From assembly GCA_951406725.2 (NCBI GenBank), contig OX597832.1, positions 11,842,001 to 11,906,000 of the forward strand: DNA of 64,000 nucleotides, in the 5' to 3' direction. The translations under genes were made by a program, and so were the position numbers. This document shows, piece by piece, positions 1 to 14,693 of this stretch. Position 1 is the first letter of the stretch. Every line of letters begins with the position of its first letter. This DNA comes from Octopus vulgaris (lineage: Eukaryota). The notes under the pieces were generated by a model. It searched no databases, was not told the DNA's origin, and saw nothing but the letters and a program-made list of their open reading frames with translations.

Positions 1-2143
1 CTTCTTTTTCTTCTTCTAATTCATTGTTGTTGTTTCTGTTGTTGTTGTTGTTATTATTATTATTTTTCTTCTTTCAATTTTGTTCCATTTCTTCCCGAGT
101 GTCTTCCCTATACCTACGGCAAAATAAACTCCAATGTATACATTCGTAGGTAATTAAAATAAACACACCAGATTGTTCATTTACAAAGTCAAGATAGGTG
201 ATAGAGAAAAAAAAGGAAAGAAAGAAAGAAAGAAAGAGAGAGAAAAATGAAAAATGAACAAATAGAAAAGAAACAAGACAACAAAGAAAGGGGGATGAAA
301 CGGAAAGAACATTCAGTGACGATACTTTTCTCAATACGTGTTTCGTACTACTCAAAACAATCTTTTGCACTCCTTGCATGCATGAATGGTAAGTCAGGGA
401 TCATTCTGAAATAAGATAGTTTTTTTAATCCTTCTAAGTGCTCTTAAAAACACTGGTGCTGTTGCTGTTGTTGTTGTTATTAAGGCGGCGAGCTGACAGT
501 ATCGATAGCGGGATTTCGCCTGTCTTTACGTTCTGCGATCAAACTCCACCGAGGTCTACTTTGCCTTTTATTCTTTCGGGATCGATGGCATAAAGACCAC
601 TTAATTACTCAGGCCCGGTGTAATCGATTTACAGTCTCCTCCAAAATGTCAGGACTTGTACCTATAGTAGAAAGGATTATCATTATTATTATTAATAGTA
701 GTTTAGTAGAGGGGGTATTAGTAGTAGTGGTGGTGGTAGTGGTGGTGGTGGTGGTGGTGGTGGTAGTAATAGTAGTGGTGGTGGTGGTGGTAGTAAGTGG
801 TGGTGGTGGTGGTAGTAATAGTGGTGGTGGTAGTAGTAGTGGTGGTGGTGGTGGTGGTGGTAGTAATGGTGGTGGTGGTGGTGGTGACTAGAATGGTAAC
901 TCAATTGCGGCTCTGCTATATCACTGTCTCGAAGATTTTAGTCAAACAAATCGGCCATAGTTGTTTTTTTTTCCTTGTTTTTTTCCATGTTCCGTGTGAT
1001 ACTCATTTTATGACTTCGTCGATCAACTAATGTTATAATGACATAAACAAACAAACACCTCTTGTCAAACCATGGAGCAGGGAACATACAAAACCACTAG
1101 AGAAGACATATTCTACTATAGTTTCTTCTACTACCCGAGACCCACGTCTTGTGAGTAAATTTCGTATGGTATGTGTGTGAGTGTGTTTGTTCTGTATGCT
1201 TGTTTGTGTCTGTGTACATATATAAGGCTTCTGCAGTTTCCATCTACTATATTCATTCACAAGGCATTTGTCATGATGTTAAGCTGCAAAACAATAGAGC
1301 AGAAGGCACTTGGATCAGCCCAAAGTATTATGCATTAGGATTGAACCTAAAGCCACATTATTGCAAAGCCAGCTTCTTAGCCACACGGCCACGCCTGTTT
1401 GGCAACTTTGCTTATATGTCTATTTATAGTTTTCCTTTTCTTACTGTTTCCCTTTGAAGATTCTTATCTGATCATCAGTTTTTAATGTTTGATGTTGCTT
1501 ATCTGATCATCGTTTTACCGTTCTGATCTTTAGAGTGCATCTCGTTCCGACAGTGTAAGAGTTGAAATTTGAAATATTTAATAGCTTTTTATGAAATGTA
1601 ATAAAGCGTTTCTTCTGCCGTAGTCAAAACGCCTCAAAGACATAAGAACGAATGATGTTCTTAGATGTTTGAAGGTCGTTTGGGGAATTAGTGGAAATAA
1701 TTTTTGGCTGCAACTTGGTGTCGAACGTAGTAGCATTTATCAAAACTTGATTCTCTAATCTGAAAATTTTCTTCAAATGAAAATGGCCTTTGATAAAGTT
1801 GTTGATGAAGATCTTGAGAAGGAGAAGCCAAAGTAATGGAAAAACTTTACGTTATGAAGAAAAAACCCAACTTAATCCAACATTTTCTTTCGGTAAGCAT
1901 CTCTGGTGGAGGGGGAAAATCTATTCTTAGACTTGAAAACTGAACTATAATGTTAATACTAAACCTAGGGAACTACTCAGAACAGTAAATATAAATAGAT
2001 CTTACGGAGCATATTAGACTAAAATATAAGCATTATTATGACAACAACAACAACAATGATGATAATGATAATATATTTATAACTATATCAGTTTAAATTG
2101 TTATATACATACATTATACATACATACATACATATATATATAC

Positions 2144-2325
2144 TCTCTTTTTTATTCTTTTTACTCATTTTACTTGTTTCAGTCATTTGACTGTGGCCAT
2201 GCTGGAGAACCGCCTTTAGTCGAGCAAATCGACCCCAGGACTTATTCTTTCTTAGCCGAGTACTTATTCTATCAGTCTTATTTGCCGAACTGCTAAGTTA
2301 CGGGTTGTCAAGCGATGTTTGTGAG
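2144..2325 (-). mobile_element. SINE family A, 3' part
   Basis: Reverse complement of the family A tail (tacttgtttcagtcatttgactg...gccgaactgctaag). Confidence 0.75.
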
Positions 2326-2874
2326 GCAAACTCATACAAACAAACAAATGCACTCACACACACACGCACACACATGGAAAAAAGATGACAAAGGGATAAA
2401 AGGTTATCTTACGAAGGCTCCGATGAAGCTATACGCTGTTACACAGACATTCAGCTATGAATCTACTCTGCATTTTACAGAAACAACTGTAAGATAATGA
2501 AGTCCCTGAGATAATCGTTTATTCTTTTGTCAACAATTTTTTTCTTATTACTTGACTAACACTTCGTTCTGAAGCATAAATATATGTCATTAATATGTTA
2601 TTAGACAGGTAATGCCTAACCGAAATATATACATACGTACAAGCACACACACATATGCATGTGTGTGTGAGTGTGTTTGAGTATATATAATGTAATTGTG
2701 TATGTCCGCATTTTGTGTGCAATTGTATGCTTTTATATGTATGCACATACACACATGTATATACATATATATATTATAGACATCTATCTATCTATCTATA
2801 ATATATATATATCATAAATGTATATATATATATATTTAAAATATATATATATATTATAAATATATTTATAATAT

Positions 2875-2915
<41 letters not shown>

Positions 2916-3411
2916 AACACTTACACAAGTGTGTATATATATATATAAGAGTGTGTTTGTGTGTCTACGTAGGCCTGTGCCTGTATGTATACACATATAT
3001 GTATGTGTATGGATGTGTGGTGCTAGGTAGTAAAGAGAGATGGATATATATAGAGAGAAAAAGAGAGGGAAGAGGTGGGATGTGGAAATCAGTAATTTAA
3101 GAAAACGTTATAAAATTCATATCTTAGCTGCGATAAATTAAATCGAATAATAAAAATGTGTGAGATAAAGGTATATAAGCGGAAAGAACTTCAGAGATAG
3201 GGGAAAGAAGGAAAAAGTGGAGTATGAAGTATTACTTAAGGAAAAAAAAAAGTAGGTAATATAAGATCTGTATTTAGTAGATTACAAGCAGCAGAGTGAT
3301 TTGATTAAATGCGACGCAATGTACTGCTTACACTTGCATTATCAAAACTTATGGGATTAAAGGATTATTTACAAACAGGTGAGATATGAATGTAAGGAAA
3401 AAAAATTCATA

Positions 3412-3447
<36 letters not shown>

Positions 3448-3611
3448 ATTAATAGTAATAATAATAATATTTATAATAGTAATAATAATATTATTATTAT
3501 TATTATTATCATTATTAATAATAACAATATTAATAATAATAATAATAATAATATTAATAGTAATAATAATAATAATATTAATAATAGTAATAATAATAAT
3601 AATAGTGGTGG

Positions 3612-3791
3612 AGGAAACCCCTTCAGTCATGAATGACCATGGGATTGCACCTAGAAAGTTACCCTCCGAGGCACAAGTCTGCGCAAGGTTGATTGTGGAA
3701 GGCCAGTAGTCGCCCATGCATACCGGGAATCGAACTCACAACCTCACAATCGTAAACTTGACGCTCCAACCACTGAGCTATGCACCTTCAC
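3612..3791 (-). mobile_element. Short tRNA-headed SINE (family D) inside an (AAT)n tract
   Basis: Minus strand reads gaaggtgcaTAGCTCAGTGGttggagcg...gaGTTCGATTCccgg, followed by a ~110-bp tail. It does not form a complete tRNA cloverleaf. Confidence 0.7.
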
Positions 3792-5464
3792 AATTAATTA
3801 TTACTATTAATAGTAATAATAATAATATTGTTATTATCATTAAAAATTAATAATATTAATAATTATATTTACAAATTTTGCCACAAGGGCAGAAATTCTG
3901 GGGGAGGGGACTAATCGATTACATAGACTCCAGTGTTCATAGACTCCAGTGTTCAACTGGTACTTAAGTTATCGACCCCGAAAGGATGAAAGGCAAAGTT
4001 GACCTCGGTGGAATTCGAACTCAGAACGTAGCGACGGGCGAAATACCGCTAAGCATTTCATCCAGCGTGCTAACGATTCTGCCAGCTCGTTGCCTCAATG
4101 ATAATGATGATGATGATGATGATGGTGGTTTTGGTTTTGGTTTTGGTTTTAAATTTGGTACGAAACTAGCTATTTCGATGTAGGAGGTGAGGTGATTACA
4201 TTGATGCCCGTGTTTAACTGATAGTTATTTTATCGAGCCCGAAAGAATGACAGGTAAAGTTGACCCCGGGAGAATTTTAACTCAGATGGCTTAGGACGGA
4301 TGAGATGCCCCTGATCATTTTGCCCGGTGTGCTAACGATTCTGCCAGTTCCCCGGATTCATAATATTAATAATAATGACTATCGGGAACCGTGGATAGTT
4401 TTTTTCGGAATTAATGGTGAATTTATTGAGATATTTCTGAAAACTTTATCCAAAAATCTGAAAGTGTAATGCATCTGCTACTCGTTGAAAAGTGAAGGAA
4501 ATTGGAATATGATGATTACTCAAAGCACATTATATATACACTTTATATACGCTATTCACAATGTTATAGACTTAATATACAGCACTCTTCCCCTTTCAGT
4601 CTTTGCTTTATCTTCGTTCTCTGTCTATCCTTTTCTTTCCCCCCCCTCTTTTCTCTCGCTCTTCAATTTTCTCTTCTACTAATCACATGAAAGCGTTACA
4701 GAGAGGCTAAGTAACGGAGGAGAAACACTTATCAAAAAAAAAAAAAAAGTTACATATTTCACTGATGTGTTGAAGCGACTCAATATTTTACTGCTACTAT
4801 TGAAAGCTCAACTCGTTAGGATTTGAATGCAGATCCTACTGAGCCGGAATAAATAATGCAAGACATTTTGAGCGGCGCTCAAACGACTGTGCCAAGAGTA
4901 TCTAAGTTAGGCACAAGGTCCTATATTCTCTTGTGAGGGTACTACCAATCACCGTTGCTTCATACATGACTGCTGCTTTATTGTATGTACCCCTAGGGAA
5001 GAAAAGAAAAACTGTTACCGATGCGAGTTGATTTCAGATTGTAAAGAACCGGAATAAATATTCACATGTATCTTTTGTCTGACTCCACAGCTGTTCTGCC
5101 ACATCGCAGATCTAAATCATATTGTTTATATTTCTTGACTAGAATATTTCAAGGAGAGAAACTGTCGATTAATTCGACGTCTTCGCTCGACTGCATTTAT
5201 TTTATTGGCCCCTGATAAATGACTGTTGATGTTTGTCTCGTGGCAAATTGAACTCAGGACCAAAAGTGCCGAAACAATTAGATCAAAACATTGCCAGACG
5301 CTCTGACGTTTCTGCTAAACCTTCCCCGGTAACACTATTGATTTCTTTCATTGGTCGCAAATGTCAAGATATCAAGAAGAGTTTACAGGGGAAAGGCATA
5401 ATAAAAAAAACAATACGAAACAAGTGTATTTTCATTGAGTGAACGAATGGGATAAATAATAATA

Positions 5465-5877
5465 GGCGCAGGAGTAGCTGTGTGGTAAGTAGCTTGCTTA
5501 CCAACCACATGGTTCCGGATTCAATCCCACTGCGTGGCACCTTCGACAAGTGTCTTCTACTATAGCCTCGGGCCGACCAAAGCCTTGTGAATGCATTTGG
5601 TAGACGGAAACTGAAATAAGCCCATCATATATATATATATATGTATGTGTGTGTATATGTTTGTGTGTCTATGTTCGTCCCCTCCCCCAACATCGCTTAA
5701 CAACAGGTGCTAGTTTGTTTACATTCCAGTAACTTAGCGGTTCGGCAAAAGAGACCGATATAATAAGTACTAGGCTTACACAGATTAAGTCCTGGGGTCG
5801 ATTTGCTCGACTAAAGGCGGTGCTCCAGCATGGCTGCAGTCAAATGACAGAAACAAGTAAAAGAGTCAAGAGTAAAG
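5465..5877 (+). mobile_element. tRNA-derived SINE family A, full length
   Basis: A/B-box-like head (gtagctgtgtggtaag ... ggattcaatccc), CORE-like gcaccttcgacaagt segment, internal (TA)/(TG) microsatellite, and a gtaaaaga-type tandem tail. Confidence 0.85.
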
Positions 5878-6383
5878 ACACAATCGCATAATAAAACAAC
5901 GTTACCAAAATGGAACAACAAAATAAGAATAATAATGCTGCTTAGTGTGGAAACTACAATGATTCGGGGCATCCCTGCCTATCCTCGATAATCTTGATGC
6001 AACAAATGCATAGAGCTTCTCCAGCTAACCTTAGTTTTTACTGCAAACATAAAGGCATATACTATAGAGGTCTCTTACTTTTCATAAAATTTACTGGAAG
6101 CCCTTTTACCTTCGCACTCTCCCCATTCCTTTTGGCTTCGTTCTCCAAAGTACAAAGCAAAATACAAACATAGACAGTGATTGATGTGTTTCCTGTAATA
6201 AAGTGAGGTTATCAATTATAATAAACTGGATTTTAATTTAAGCGCAAGGCCAGCAGTTTTGAGGAGATTGCGTTACTTGATTATATTGACACTGCGACTT
6301 TATTTTCTCGACCGCAGATGGATGAAAGTCAATATTGTCCTTAGCGGATTTTGAACGCGGAACATAAAGAATCGAATCGTATA

Positions 6384-6810
6384 GGCACAGGAGTGGCTGT
6401 GTGGTAAGTAGCTTGTTTACCAACCACATGGTTCCGGGTTCAGTCCCACTGCGTGGCACCTTGGGCAAGTGTCTTCTACTATAGCCTCAGGCCGACCAAA
6501 GCCTTGTGAGTGGATTTGGTAGACGGAAACTTAAAGAAGCCCGTCGTATATATGTGTATATATATATATATATGTGTGTGTGTGTATGTGTGTCTGTGTG
6601 TGTCCCCCTAGCATTGCTTGACAACCGATGCTGGTGTTTTTATGTCCCCGTTACTAAGCGGTTCGGCAAAGGAGACCGATAGAATAAGTACTGGGCTTAC
6701 AAAAAAAGAATAAGTCCCGGGGTCGAGTTGCTCGATTAAAGGCGGTGCTCCAGCATTGCCGCAGTCAAATGACTGAAACAAGTAAAAGAGTAAAAGAGTA
6801 AAGAGAGAGT
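6384..6810 (+). mobile_element. SINE family A, full length
   Basis: Near-identical to 5465-5877, with a gtaaaaga tandem tail. Confidence 0.85.
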
Positions 6811-7106
6811 GCCGTGAGACATTTTGTTCAATGATCTATCGTTTGTACCAATACATTCTTCTGAATAAATCTATGATTATAAATCGCAATGACAATGTAG
6901 AAAAGCAAAATAGCTGCAAGCTACGATCATCACAAATGAATATCATCTATGTAAGGTTATTCTTGGAATCTCACAGACCACATCTTGTAGCCAGCTTATG
7001 CACGCTTACTTGAAGTTGGCTTTCTTAGCTGATGTAGTTCATGTGAAGGATGAGTCTCAGAATGTGTAAAATGAGTAGGAGGTGGAATGGTGGTGGTAAT
7101 GTATAG

Positions 7107-7711
7107 GCATAAGGCGGCGAGCTGGCAGAAACGTTAGCACGCCGGGCGAAATGCTTAGCGGTATTTCGTCTGTCGTTACCTTGTGAGTTCAAATTCCGCC
7201 GAGGTCGACTTTACCTTTCATCCTTTCGGGGTCGATAAATTAAATACCAGTTACGCACTGGGGTCGATGTAATCGACTTAATACCTATGTCTGTCCTTGT
7301 TTGTCCCCTCTAAGTTTAGCCCCTTGTGGGTAATAAAGAAATAGGTATTTCGTCTGTCGTTACGTTGTGAGTTCAAATTCCGCCGAGGTCGATTTTGCCT
7401 TTCATCCTTTCGGAGTCGATTAAATAAATACCAGTTACACACTGGGGTCGATATAATCGACTTAATCCGTTTGTCTGTCCTTGTTTGTCCCCTCTAAGTT
7501 TAGCCCCTTGTGGGTAATAAAGAAATAGGAATTTCGTCTGCCGCTACGTTCTGAGTTCAAATTCCGCCGAGGTCGACTTTGCCTTTCATCTTTTCGGGGT
7601 CGATTAAATAAGTACCAGTTACGCACTGGAGTCGATATAATCGACTTAATCTGTTTGTCTGTCCTTGTTTGTCCCCTCTGTGTTTAGCCCCTTGTGGGTA
7701 GTAAAGAAATA
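7107..7711 (+). mobile_element. SINE family B, head plus three tandem 184-bp units
   Basis: Head ggcggcgagctggcagaaacgttagc. Units start at 7161, 7345 and 7529, each with the B-box-like gagttcaaattcc. TSD ggtaatgtatag at 7095-7106 and 7712-7723. Confidence 0.85.
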
Positions 7712-9324
7712 GGTAATGTATAGACAGCTACTACAGAGAACGGGGCAAGTGTAACAGCGATAGAGAAGGCTAAGGGAAAAGACAAGTTGTAGCGCAATGG
7801 TTGTAGTGTGTTAACGAACGAGTATTTGTGACTAAATAGTTGGAAGAGCTGAAACCAATACAGTAGTGAAAGGAGAGTCAGCTAGCTCGTAGTGCAACGT
7901 GTCTGTCATTAAGAATTTGCAAATAATTGATTAAAAACATTGACGTCACTCTAGAAGCGAAGAAGAAGCTTGTTTGGAGAGATAAATGTGTTGTAGCCCA
8001 AAGGTTGCATTGTGAATAATCTATCGCATGGGCTATTTTATTTAGCTTATGATATTTCTGGATCTAGCAGGAGGAACACCGTCTCAAATATAGGAGCAAT
8101 AGTTTATGTCGAATGTTACTTAAATTATGTGTTGTCAAGGAACTCATAAGAACGGAGGTAGAAAATGGGATGCAGTTGTGACTTTATTAAGTTTGGTCCT
8201 AGACTAGAGAAGATCATAGGAAGTGGGGTCCGGAAATTGGAACGGATTTATATATATTTGGTTGCAAATTGTGCTCCAGGCCTTCCTTTCATACGCAAGG
8301 GTGAGTCGGAGAACTCAACAAATAGCTCCATATTACTTTGATGTATTGAATTGAAATGCCTTCTCATTTTGACGTCAGCCTACAGAGGTAAAAGAAAAAA
8401 AAATTAATTTTAGTATGAATATGAAAAATATGTATGTTAATATTTTTCATAAAAAGAGAACTGATCAATAGAGTTCTCATTAAATTGACAATCGATCTAT
8501 TCATATCGAGTCAATTTATATGGCATGGTAATAGAGTTATTACATAATATTCCAGAGAGATTTTAATGAATTATTTCTCTAGAAAGGTATGTATTTAGTA
8601 TTGCTCTTAAAATATTTCTGTGAGAACACGCAAACTATGCGAATCAACAAGGGAATATATACGAGGGTGCTTGACCCGCTAGAAATGGCAGTAACACCAT
8701 TGCATTAAAGCCAGAAACTACTGTCATACAAAATGACGACGCACATCAGATAATGCCGTTTTTGCGTCCTCATAAAAAGTTGGAATGGGAACGGAATGGT
8801 CACGGCTGGAATACTTATGATCGCAGATCTTGATGAGGTTTCCTCCTCCGTTAAATAATGTCGAGGATGATAACCTATATATTCTAAAAGAGAATAATTG
8901 CAACTTCCTGATGCATTTGTCTGATTCGGTATCCACTCAGCAGTGTGTTTCGTAGGACCATTTAGATTTAGGTTATGATTGACATAAAGCAGAATGCTAC
9001 TTAAAATCTCGATGCTAATATTGCAACCCCGTGTAGTCAAATTAGAGTCATCCGACCAAACAGCATCCCCCGACCCCAGTAAATCATTTAAAGCATGACA
9101 AATATATACATTCGTATTTAAAATTAATTAGCAAAACTGATTGAACAAAACTACCGCCAATAAAGGTTTAACACAATTAATGATTTTAATAATGAAACGC
9201 AAGCTAGCGTAGCGATGACCTAATATGGTTAGTTTGTAGACATGAATTCGTTCTAACATTCTCTCACACACAATGTGTGTGTGTGTGTAATACATATATA
9301 TTTACGCAAACATACATACACACA

Positions 9325-9373
<49 letters not shown>

Positions 9374-9946
9374 ATACACAATCATTCTTCACTAAATGTT
9401 GATTACAAGCTCGTTGTGATTGACAAACTACCTTGTCATCTGCTCTGCAAAGTGGAACCCTTCCGCAAGCAAAGGATAATTCAATTCTAGCTGCCATCCT
9501 CGGGCGAAGTGTGCAGATTAAGGGTCGAAATGTCTGTGACCCTGACATATCTGCTGATGATACGGAAAAGCTACCGATATTGCGATGGATTCAAACGAGT
9601 ATGTAATAACTGTGAGTAACGCCTACAAGTTCTGCGTGAAGCAAAGCCTCTGCGATATTTATTTCACTTAATTTGACAGGTGCAACTAAAGGCGAAACTA
9701 CGCAAAGCGAAACCATTATTTCCCTAGGATCCAAAATGTAAACTTGTCATACGTTTATAATCCGATGGCATACTACAGAATATTCCTGGCCCCTCACACT
9801 AAAAAGAAAAACAAACGTTAACAAATTTCTAAACATAGATTAAAAAAAGCTAGTTTGGAATATAATTATACAATAAATGTACCTAAGATTAATGTATATC
9901 AATACGATAATTATTTATATAAAAACATGATCACGGTTTATATTAA

Positions 9947-10166
9947 CCCTTTTGTTACTGTATTTATTTTGAGAAGCTCTGCGTTTCTTTCAATTATTTT
10001 AAATATAACGAAGAATTTAGTAAAATAACTTAGTTATCATTTATCTAGTGTTAGGAACGTAAATTGTGACCAAGGCTTGGTGGAATATTTTAATTCAAAA
10101 CTTATGAAAACAAGACATTTTACCACAGAGCCAGAGCCGGTTTTGGCCGGGTTAGTAATAAAACGG
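9947..10166. mobile_element. piggyBac-like MITE
   Basis: TTAA on both sides (9943-9946 and 10167-10170). Imperfect TIRs cccttttgttact / agtaataaaacgg. Confidence 0.6.
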
Positions 10167-12143
10167 TTAATTATCTTCAGTGGTGACCTGGTTAAGACTA
10201 AAACGTTCGACAAAATACTTTTCTATATTTATTCCGATTCTCTAAATTCTGAGTGCAATACCTGTCCCGGCCACCATTGCTTCTCATCCTTCTGGAGTCA
10301 GGTGTATATAATACCAGTCATACACAAGAGTCGATGAACTTGTACCTACACGAGAAACCATTATTTTTATTTCAGTAGGTATAATGCCTTGTAGATTTGA
10401 ATCCACAAGCTGTTTACCTCAGCGGAATTTGAACTCAAAACGTAAAGACAGACGAAATACCTCAACTGAATAAAAATATTATCGGACATTGTAACTTGCT
10501 CATATCACTACCGCTTCGTCAACTCGCCGCTCGCAAATCTAATCTATCCAGAAATATTAAAAGTGGGTGAAAAATCGGAGGTTAGCTTTAATTTCGGTTA
10601 ATGTTGGATACTTTGTACAGAATATTCGCGAAGTTTCTACTTTTAATATACCAGCAGTTTGTAGATATTGTTCCTAGCGACTTGAACTATTATTATATTG
10701 CAAAATGAACTCTGCAATGTTCTTTTGCCTTGTTCTGTTATCGTGTTCAGTGTTGTGCATTTAAGGTAATTCTGCTCATCAAATTCTTTATTACTTTTTT
10801 TGTTTTACTTCCTCCTGCTTTACACTCTGCTAGAGATGAACTCACTGCGAATTCAAATTAAGAAGACATTTAACATTTGTCAAGTATGCAGGTCCTGCCG
10901 ATGCATAACGTGCTGTGTGTTCTATCACAGAGTTTCATCTGATTGAAGTTACACGAGAATAAAAAGAAAGAAAGAAAGAAGGAAGGGAAGAAAGAAAGAA
11001 AGGTGGAAGGGAAGAAAGAAAAACCAATGCTTTAAATCAATCGCTATCAAAGCCCTGTTGTTAGGGATGGCAGCAAACCTGAAATGATTATAGTAAAACC
11101 GTTAAGGTGGTGTCTTATAGCTTGCAGTGTTATAGAAACAATATTGAATACATCGACTTTATAAAGCATATCACGGTTGAGTTACAAGGGAGAGAAAGGT
11201 GGGAGCGAGGCAGAGGCCAAAACAGGTAAAGTGACATGGAGGGAGGGAGGGAGAGAGGAGAGAGAGAGACAGACAGACGTTGACAGACAGACGGAGAGAA
11301 AAACAAGCGGAGATTGACACAGAGATAGAGAGATAGAGAGAGGTGGACAGAGGGACAGAGATAGAGAGAAAAATAGAGGTGGAGAGAGAGAGAGAGAAGA
11401 CGGAGATATAAAGATAGGTTGACAGAGAGGCAGAGTTAGAAACAAGGACAGAGATAGACAAAGAGGCAGAGATAGGGAGAGAAACGGAGGTGGATAGAGA
11501 GACATAGAAAGGCAGAGGTAGACAGAGGGATGGAAATAGAGAGCAAGAAAATGGTAGACAAAAAGACAGTGACAAAGTCAAAGGAGAAGAGAGAAAGGAG
11601 AGGAAGAGAGTGAAATAGGAAGAGGGAGTGAGAGAAGGAAGAGGTGCTATAAATATCTGAACAACTGCGCAAAGTCTGATTTAAGTCACGCTCGACGAAT
11701 TTACTATATAATGAAACATTACGAATGAACAAGGGCGTCTATACGTCATTGCTTGATCTGGTAGAAATCACAGCCAATCTCATTCAAATCACATGCTAGA
11801 ATCATTGAAAGGGAGATTGGATAATCTCTTAAAGGATTTTATTTAACAAAACAGGATGATAACGTATAGAAAACCCCTGACAAGTTACCCTGAAATAACA
11901 AGAACAAATTCAACATCAGTAACAAGGCAAACAGCTATTAAATAAGGAACTAAGTGGGTGAAGTGCTAAAAATAATAGCTCAAACTCCCTCAAATAAAGT
12001 TTTGTAATATAACAAGGACATTTCGAAGGAGTTAAAATTCTGTAAAGATTTTTGAAAAAAGAATTCCAATACAGGATCGATAAAGCTATGTCAAGCTGAC
12101 GACAAGCAAAACAATTATGGCGACAACGGCCACAACAGCGTCA

Positions 12144-12335
12144 GTGGAGGCGCAATGATCCAGTGGTTAGGGCAGCGAACTCGCAGTCGCAAGAACGTGG
12201 TTTCGATTCCCAGACCGGGCATTGTGTGTGGTTTTTGAGCAAAAACACCTAAGCTCCACGAGTCTCCGACAGGGGTGGTGGTGGACCCCGCTGTACTCTT
12301 TTACCACAACTTTCTCTCACTCTTTCTTCCTACTT
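12144..12335 (+). mobile_element. SINE family C, 5' part
   Basis: Matches the head and body of 32604-32900. Confidence 0.8.
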
Positions 12336-13521
12336 CTGCCACAAAGCAGAGGAACTATGGTGTGGCAAACTTTCAGACCCTAGTCTAAATTGCGAATCCT
12401 CTGTACCCCAGGATGGTTCAGCTCTCCACCCGTTAAAAGCCACCGTTTACGGAATGAGGATAACAACGTAGCTTTCGAGCCCGTGCAACCGCCAGTCTAT
12501 TGCGTGTGGAGGGTGGATCTTCAAGTTGCCACACGCATTCTTAGTAGCTTAGAGTAGGCTCGAATTAGAGATTATTCAATGTGGTTAATGGCGCGAGTCC
12601 TGACTGGAAGAAGACGAAGAAGAAGACAACATCGTTATCATCATCATCAAAGTCATCATCATCAAATAGAAGCGAAACAACAACATCAGCAACATGAATA
12701 TACATTAACAGCAGCTAACATCATGACAAAATTTAAACCATACATGATACAATATAGAGTACGTTGAGTATAGGACACATAGATACCAGATCTGCGAAAA
12801 ATACCAGCAAAATCTCCTTCCAATCACACAACTTTGTCAGAAAATAGTTAATAATATAGTTTGTGGGTATAAATTATTGATGAGGGGCACAACAGTAGTT
12901 AATCCATAAAAATAAAACCCTGTCGCTCTTTCATTGTGTATGATTGTGTGTGCGTATGTGTGTGTGAGAGATAGATAGATAGATAGATAGATAGATAGGG
13001 AGAGAGAGAGAGAATGTCATGCAATATACAGACAAGACGTTTTAAAAAGTAAAAAAAAAAAGCTTGAGCTGGTTCCCCGGTATTAGAAAAAAAAGGATTG
13101 AATATAGTTATGTACAAACATATGTATACATCCATCCATCTATCTATCTATCTATCTATCTATCTATACACACACATATATATGTACAAATATATAATAT
13201 ATATATAGATACACACACATATATATATATATATATATATGTGTATATATATATATGTGTATATACATACATACATATATATATGTATATACAAGGACGT
13301 ATGTATGTATGTATATGTGTGTCTAGGTATGCAGGAGTGTATTTATGTATGTAAGTTTGCACATGCATGAATGTCTATATATGTATGCACTTGAGTATAT
13401 AATGTATGTATACGTATACATACACATATATATGTATATATACATGAATATATGTTTATATGTAAGTACACACACATGTATATGTGTGTATAAGTGTATA
13501 TATATATATTTATATATATAA

Positions 13522-13554
<33 letters not shown>

Positions 13555-14155
13555 ATGCATGCATACATACATGCATATATATGGAATTTCACTGGCGCCA
13601 AGAAAACAGAGTGAGGTGTTTGTTGTGTCTGTCGCGTGGTTACAAATTCTATGTGAAATACCTTCAGAACTCAATTTCGATTCCCAGTAGAAACGGTTTC
13701 CATTCCCTCCACATTGCATTAAGAATAACCTTATACACAATTCCATATATTCATTACCGTAAATCTTCAACCGCGAGCTTACGTAAGATATTGGATATTA
13801 CATCATTACATACCAATGAAGAGAAGCAGCTATACCGGCATAAAGTCTCCTACGCTAACACAAACACACAGACAAACAGAGCGACAGAGGCACTCAGAGA
13901 CACACACAGGCACACAGAGGCACATACAGGTGCGCACAAGCTCAAACAGGCACACTGTTAAAGTAGACATAAGCCAAGACACGCATATATGAATGCATGT
14001 ATGTCTATATGTGTGTGAGCATGTGCGTGTGTCTGCGAATTTGTATGTCTGCTGTGTGTCTACGTTTCCTTGCAACTATGGGCATCGGAGTGCCTAAGTA
14101 TATCATACATACATACACAGACACACACATACACAAATGTGTGTGTATGTATGTG

Positions 14156-14190
<35 letters not shown>

Positions 14191-14289
14191 ATTATATGAC
14201 ATATATATCTGATATAATATACATATATGTGTGTGTGTATATATATATATATATATTTATGTGTATATTCATGTATATTCATATATCAC

Positions 14290-14578
14290 AGTGATCATCG
14301 TGACTGACCAGGCAATCAGATGTTGCTACGCATCGCTGGTCACAATGCGCTTAACATTGTTTTAGCCTTCTCTAAGCGAGAATGCCAACCGAAGAAAGAG
14401 TGAGAGAAAGTTGTGGCGAAAGAGTACAGCAGGGACCGCCACTCCTACCCCTGCCGGAGCTTCTTGGAGCTTTAGGTGTTTTCGCACTATAAACACTATC
14501 AAAGCCCGGTCTGGGAATCGAAACCGCGATCCCACAACCACGAGTCCGCTACTCTAAACACTGGGCCATTACGCCTCC
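14290..14578 (-). mobile_element. SINE family C head with a different 3' tail
   Basis: 14395-14578 is the reverse complement of the family C head. 14290-14375 does not match the tail at 32900-33099. Confidence 0.75.
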
Positions 14579-14651
14579 GCGTATACTCATATATATATAC
14601 ACACATATACATACACATACAAATATATATATGTATGTGTTTATATATAAG

Positions 14652-14693
<42 letters not shown>

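Noticed and set aside
7161-7711. CRISPR-like array
   Set aside because: Units are contiguous 184-bp repeats without unique spacers, in a eukaryotic context with no cas genes.
6960-8340. Possible ancient CR1-like LINE remnant on the minus strand (TLQPLRY...SLLYRCY)
   Set aside because: Only a few residues resemble the motif, which is too little to call without a profile search.
9546-9588. CTGATGA...ccGATA hammerhead-like sequence
   Set aside because: GAAA is mutated and the stems are weak.
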